Made by a program: the position numbers and the translations under genes
NCBI GenBank assembly: GCA_013239625.1
Contig: MU056000.1
Span: 186,001-250,000, forward strand
DNA from: Lama guanicoe
Lineage: Eukaryota
Direction: 5' to 3'
Length of the DNA: 64,000 bases
In this document: piece after piece, positions 59,371-64,000 of the stretch
Numbering within the stretch: position 1 is the first letter of the stretch
Layout: each line of letters opens with the position of its first letter
Notes under the pieces: generated by a model
Database searches by the model: none
The model's input: the letters and a program-made list of their open reading frames with translations, nothing else
What the model was told of the DNA's origin: nothing

Positions 59371-61068
59371 GTAACCGCGCCCTCGCACTGTGTACTTCTT
59401 GTCTCGTCCAGCTGTGAGACTTGCCGGGTCGTCTCGCTCAAGGCGTCTGCTGGCTCATGGGTCTCTCTCCTGGCCTGTCTGCTCCCCAGGCCGGGCCCCG
59501 CCCTGCGGGCGCGTGCTTTGGTGTGGGTGGTGCCTAGGCCCTGGACTTCAGCTGTGCTGACGCCAGGTACTCACCGCGCTGACCCGCTTCCTCCCTTGGT
59601 AGCACCTGAGCAAGGGGTGGGGGGTCACCCACTGGTCCCGTGACGCCCCATGACCTGCACAGAGTCATCTGGCTTCTCCTGGCTCTGACAACCCTGCGTT
59701 TGCTTTCTTCCTGCCGCTGTGCTGGGAAGACCAGTGTCTTTTCTGCATTTCAGCCTTAAATTAAGGTTTTGTCGTAAAAGGGGCGCGAGCCACTTTGTGC
59801 ACGTCTCAGCTTGAGGGAGGGTCTGAAAGGCCCTCCCCGTGGTGGCGGTGCTTGAGGAGGGGCCTGCAGAGGGGAGGACACAGTATCCCAGCCTGTCTTG
59901 TTGCTACTTAGAGCTTAAGTAAGCCTCTCATTCTAGCAGGAGATTTTGGGGTATTTCTGTTCGTGTTTTGTTTCTCGGTAACTATTTATAATAAAGGATA
60001 TGTGCATTTTCCACAGAACATTGTAAAGGAAGGAACCGTGACCACCATGGTGGTGCGGCTTTACCGTGTGGGGCCCGGGCCTCATCGCCTCCTGCGCTGC
60101 CCCCCGTGATCTGGGGTTCCTGCACGCGGGTCCCGGTGGGCCACCCCTGAGGGGCACAGCCACCGTCCCGTGGACTTGAGGGATTTGAGGCACAGGGAGG
60201 ACCACCCCCGAGGGCGTGCGGCTGGGGCTGGGGAGCAGGTTGGAGTCCGGGCTCTGGGCGTGCCTGTGCTCCGGCCCAGCTGCTGGGTGAGCGCTGTGCG
60301 CCCGCGCGGTTCATGCAGCACGTCCTAGGTGGTGGTCTGTCATTTGAAACTTCTCTGACAGCTTCGTGTGGGTCACCACGTTCTGTCACGTGGGACTTCC
60401 TCACAAGGAAAGTTGAACTGCTTTCATGCTAGACACATTTTTAGGCTGAATTACAGTTCTTGGGCAAAAATAATCTAGATGGTAAACAGTTTTTTAGCAT
60501 TTGCAGACTTTCATGCAGAATTTTCTCACTCAGGAGGACCTTAGATTTCTTGTGGGTAGTGGATTAGCTGTTAGTACTGTCATTCCAAATTCTTGTGGAT
60601 AAGGCATGAATTTTCTGAGCAGTCGGACCTTGGACTTACAGGAACCCAGCCACACCCCTAGGTATTAGCTGTCTTTTATAAAAATGTTTTTCTGAGGCTC
60701 GGTCCACATCCCTGTCTTCCTAGGCACGAGACGCTCTTCCTTGCTGCCTCATATGTCAGCATGAACATCACATGCTCTCTGCTCCGGTCCTTGGGTCCTT
60801 GTCACCTTGCAGGGATCAGCAGTGTCAACCTTAGTGCTTGTCTGTTGTTCCCTGACCACAGCACTGCTGTCCTTTCAGCACCTCCTGTCTGCCAGGCCCC
60901 AGTCTCCCTGGAGGCACCCCTGGGGGAGCAGACGCCTTGCCCCTGGCGGCCAGGCCTGCCTCCCCTCGTACCGCCTTGAGGGTGGCTGGGCATTTGCATG
61001 TCTGAAGTGGCAGCAGAGCGCGCTGTTGGCCTGCAGCGGGTCTGTCTCACCCCTGGTCTTCCCCGTAG

Positions 61069-61186
61069 TGCGGAGATGATGGGCAACGCGGAGCTGGTCC
61101 CGGAGGTGGACGCCAGCAACCTGGAGCCTTTGCTTTCTCCGAACGTGGTCTCTGCGCTGCTGGACACGTACATGTCGACGCTGACT
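61069..61186 (+). CDS. EXOC3: EXOC3 coding exon: (S)AEMMGNAELVPEVDASNLEPLLSPNVVSALLDTYMSTLT
   Basis: cttccccgtAG acceptor and ACT|gtgagt donor; 118 nt, phase 2 to phase 0. Confidence 0.96.
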
Positions 61187-61864
61187 GTGAGTGGGAGGCG
61201 AACGTCCCAGGCAGGCGGTGTCTGGTGCACAGACAGCCAGGGGGCAAGGGCAGGCGCCGGACCCTGTCTTGGCATTGGCTTCCCAAGCACGTGAGGGCTG
61301 TTTCTGGAAAGTGGGTGCGGAGACGTGTGTTTGCCAGCGAGCTGAGGAGAGGAGAGTGGCCCTTCTCTGGCCCTGGATTTAGAAGCTGTCTGGGGCATCC
61401 ATCCTGCAAGTGGGAACCTCCTCTGTCTGGAGGATGAGTCTGCCGGTCTCAGTGCTGAGCCTGGGAGTGGGAGGAGGGCAGGCAGGGGATGGAATGCTGC
61501 CCGGTGACCTCCAGGTGGCCCCAGAGTAAGATGCCATGGTTGGGGTCTGCTCCTGGGACATGGTGAGCCTGACACCAGCCAGTGCTGACCGGGGCTCTGA
61601 GGCAGTGCTGGGAAGCAGGGCAGCCCTGTGCTCCTGAGGTGACAGTGGTGGGTCTGGTCTCCAGGGATGGGCCTGCCTCCAGCATGACCGTCGTCCAAAG
61701 GGTTAAGTCGACAGAGGCTGGGGGGCACCGCCCAGTGGAGGTGGCTCGAGGGGTGGCCCCACCTGGTGTCCCCTTGTCTGGGGACAGGGCTTCCCTCTGC
61801 AGCTGTTCCGCTGAAGAGCGGCCCACTGACTCCGAGCCTGTTGTCTTCTCCCTTCCTGGCCCAG

Positions 61865-61990
61865 TCGAACATCATTGCCTGGCTGCGGAAGGCCCTGGAA
61901 ACAGACCGGAAGGATTGGGTGAAGGAGACTGAGCCTGAAGCCGACCAGGACGGCTACTACCAGACCACGCTCCCCGCCATCGTCTTCCAG
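61865..61990 (+). CDS. EXOC3: EXOC3 coding exon: [42 protein letters not shown]
   Basis: cctggcccAG acceptor and CAG|gtgcgc donor; 126 nt. Confidence 0.97.
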
Positions 61991-62968
61991 GTGCGCCTGG
62001 CCTGGGCCACTCCTGCGCGGCCTGGGTCTGCGGGCTTGCAGCACACGAGCCTGCCTGTGCAGAGATGGCGAGAGCCTGCCGCTCTCTGGATTTGAGGACC
62101 CGGGGGCCGGGCTTGCCAGCGCTCCGCAGTCCCATGGTCGCTGTTGCTGTTTTCCTGATGTATTTGGTCTTAAGCTGGAACCTGACTATATGTTACGTGT
62201 GTGTGGTGCTCAGGTTTGAGTTTGCTTGCTTGTTTCTCGATGTAACTGCCCAGGATTTGTCTTCGTGAATGCCACCTAGGTGCGTAAGCTGACGCATTTA
62301 GGGACAAGTCCTCTAGATTTCAGCCGTCACTACGAGTGCGTTTTCGCAGCTGGCCTACTTCTCGGTGCCCGGCACCTGCTGGTGTCCCCTGCTTTCCTCC
62401 TTCTCCTGGCCGCCCACCTTCCTCTGATAACAGTAGCTGGTGGTGGGTGGGCTGAGTCGACTTGGGATGGTCTCCTTCTGCTGACACGGCTTGGCCGCCC
62501 GCCGGGCTCTGGGTGATCCTGCTAGTCAGTGGCACACCGGGCTCCCCCTTCCCCTCATTCTGGGGTGAGCTCTGCCCTCTGGCCCTTCTCCATCTTTCCA
62601 CATCTGGCTCCCCTCAGCTCCTGTGTGTCCTAGTTCTCAGGAAACCCACGTCACAAATGACAGCCCAGCCCCTGGTTCCCATGCGACCCCAGCCACCCCG
62701 ATCCCCAGGCCCCTCGTCTCCTGGTGAGAACGCACACTGCCCCCTTTGTGGGCTAGCCGTTTGCAAGTGATGAGGAAATGATTCACTAGGTTTTACACAG
62801 CGGGAAAGTTTTGTTTGTTTAACTAGCTTTATTGTTTTTCAAGTGGTTTCGTTTTTTTCTCTGAATTTGGATCATCTTAACTACCAGGCAGCAGATGGGG
62901 GCTTACATAATGGGAAACTTGCACTCTTGTGAGTTTGCATCAGAATTCATAAGTTCTCCAACTTTTAG

Positions 62969-63069
62969 ATGTTTGAACAGAACCTTCAAGTCGCTTCTCA
63001 GATAAGTGAAGATTTGAAAACGAAGGTACTAGTTTTGTGTCTTCAGCAAATGAACTCTTTCTTAAGTAG
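62969..63069 (+). CDS. EXOC3: EXOC3 coding exon: [33 protein letters not shown](R); gene continues beyond the window
   Basis: acttttAG acceptor and AGTAG|gtatgt donor; 101 nt. Confidence 0.96.
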
Positions 63070-63099
63070 GTATGTATTCTTGCCAGTGTGCTCGTTTAG

Positions 63100-63118
63100 A
63101 GTGTGTGTGTGTGTGTGT
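63100..63118 (+). repeat. (GT)n microsatellite
   Basis: agtgtgtgtgtgtgtgtgt, ~30 nt downstream of an EXOC3 donor. Confidence 0.9.
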
Positions 63119-64000
63119 TTTAATGAAAAGCAAAAATTTATATCAAAGAATTCAACCCTGGATTCCCTATAGATACCTCCTTTGTTACGTAGACTTTGAG
63201 CCTTTTCCTACTATCTTCCCTTTGAACTGATTCCACATCCCCTGAGGTCCCAGACGTGCTTTTGGCGTGGGGGGGCGCTGCCACAGTGCGGCGTCAGAGC
63301 CCCCTTCAGGCAGCGTCCCTGTGTCCTGGTTCCACCGCCAGCAGAGCCCGCCTTCCACGGCAACACCTCCTCCCTTGGAATTGTTCCCAAGGAAGGTTTT
63401 CCAGTGTACACAAGTGTAGAAAGAACGGCGTAAAGAACTTACCCCATCATCTTGGTTCAAAAGCCGTTCCTTTGAAGCCACCTCGCCTCTCCTGGTTTCC
63501 CTCCCCTCACTCTGCTGAAGTACAGGTGACTTGAACGATGGGCGGGACGCTGACCGCCTGGGGCAGCGGGAGTGCACGCTCACGGCCCTGCAGCCCTGCC
63601 ATCAGGGTTCTGCACCCACACTCAGCCCGTCTCAGATGGCGCGGTGCTGTCATGAGAACTGGCGGTGTGTGAGCGGACCCGCGCTGTTCACACCCACGCT
63701 GTTCCAGGGTTGGCTGTACTTTAGAGCAAATCCCAGACTTTGCAGCCTTTCATCTGCTGCCCTAACTACCGTGCCACTGGCCCGTGTGAAACGTGCACAA
63801 GCCTTCTGGGGGCCCATCCGGCTGGGGGCCCATCCGGCCGGGGGCCCAGCCAAGTCTGTGTTGGGTTTTCCTGCTGGTCTTGAGCCTGTCTGCTTATAGC
63901 TGTGTGCTCGGACCAGGCTGGCAAAGGCTCTGCCTCGTGGGGCACAGTACAGCAGCCCCCCAGGCCCCTGGTTTGTGGGGACGCACAGGTCATCCTACAC

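Noticed and set aside
60802-61875. 357-aa minus-strand ORF
   Set aside because: Antisense to EXOC3 exons and GC-rich intron, with no domain.

Overview
GC-rich mammalian genomic DNA, most likely from a camelid: a tRNA-derived SINE at ~15.7 kb looks like the camelid type. There is no prokaryotic content and no CRISPR array. Two spliced genes lie in tandem on the + strand. (1) The 3' part of AHRR (aryl-hydrocarbon receptor repressor, bHLH-PAS): the window starts inside the long intron after the bHLH exon; eight coding exons (15319-47473) splice in frame with canonical AG/GT, followed by a ~2.9 kb 3' UTR and AATAAA at 50376. (2) The 5' part of EXOC3 (exocyst subunit Sec6): CpG-island promoter at ~52.6-53.4 kb, a non-coding first exon and six coding exons (54229-63069); the gene runs off the right edge. 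Introns hold old L1/HAL1, MLT1, MIR and L2 remnants and several simple or tandem repeats. Almost all ORFs in the six-frame track are GC-rich noise or repeat remnants. I found no convincing new gene or new biological system. The best leads are regulatory: two intronic clusters of AHR:ARNT response elements in AHRR, an EXOC3 uORF whose stop overlaps the main ATG (ATGA) and depends on acceptor choice, a candidate poison exon next to an AHRR PAS exon, an orphan intragenic CpG island, and a minisatellite built from splice-donor/E-box motifs. Exon numbers and repeat family names come from my recollection of human gene structure and repeat consensi, not from searches.
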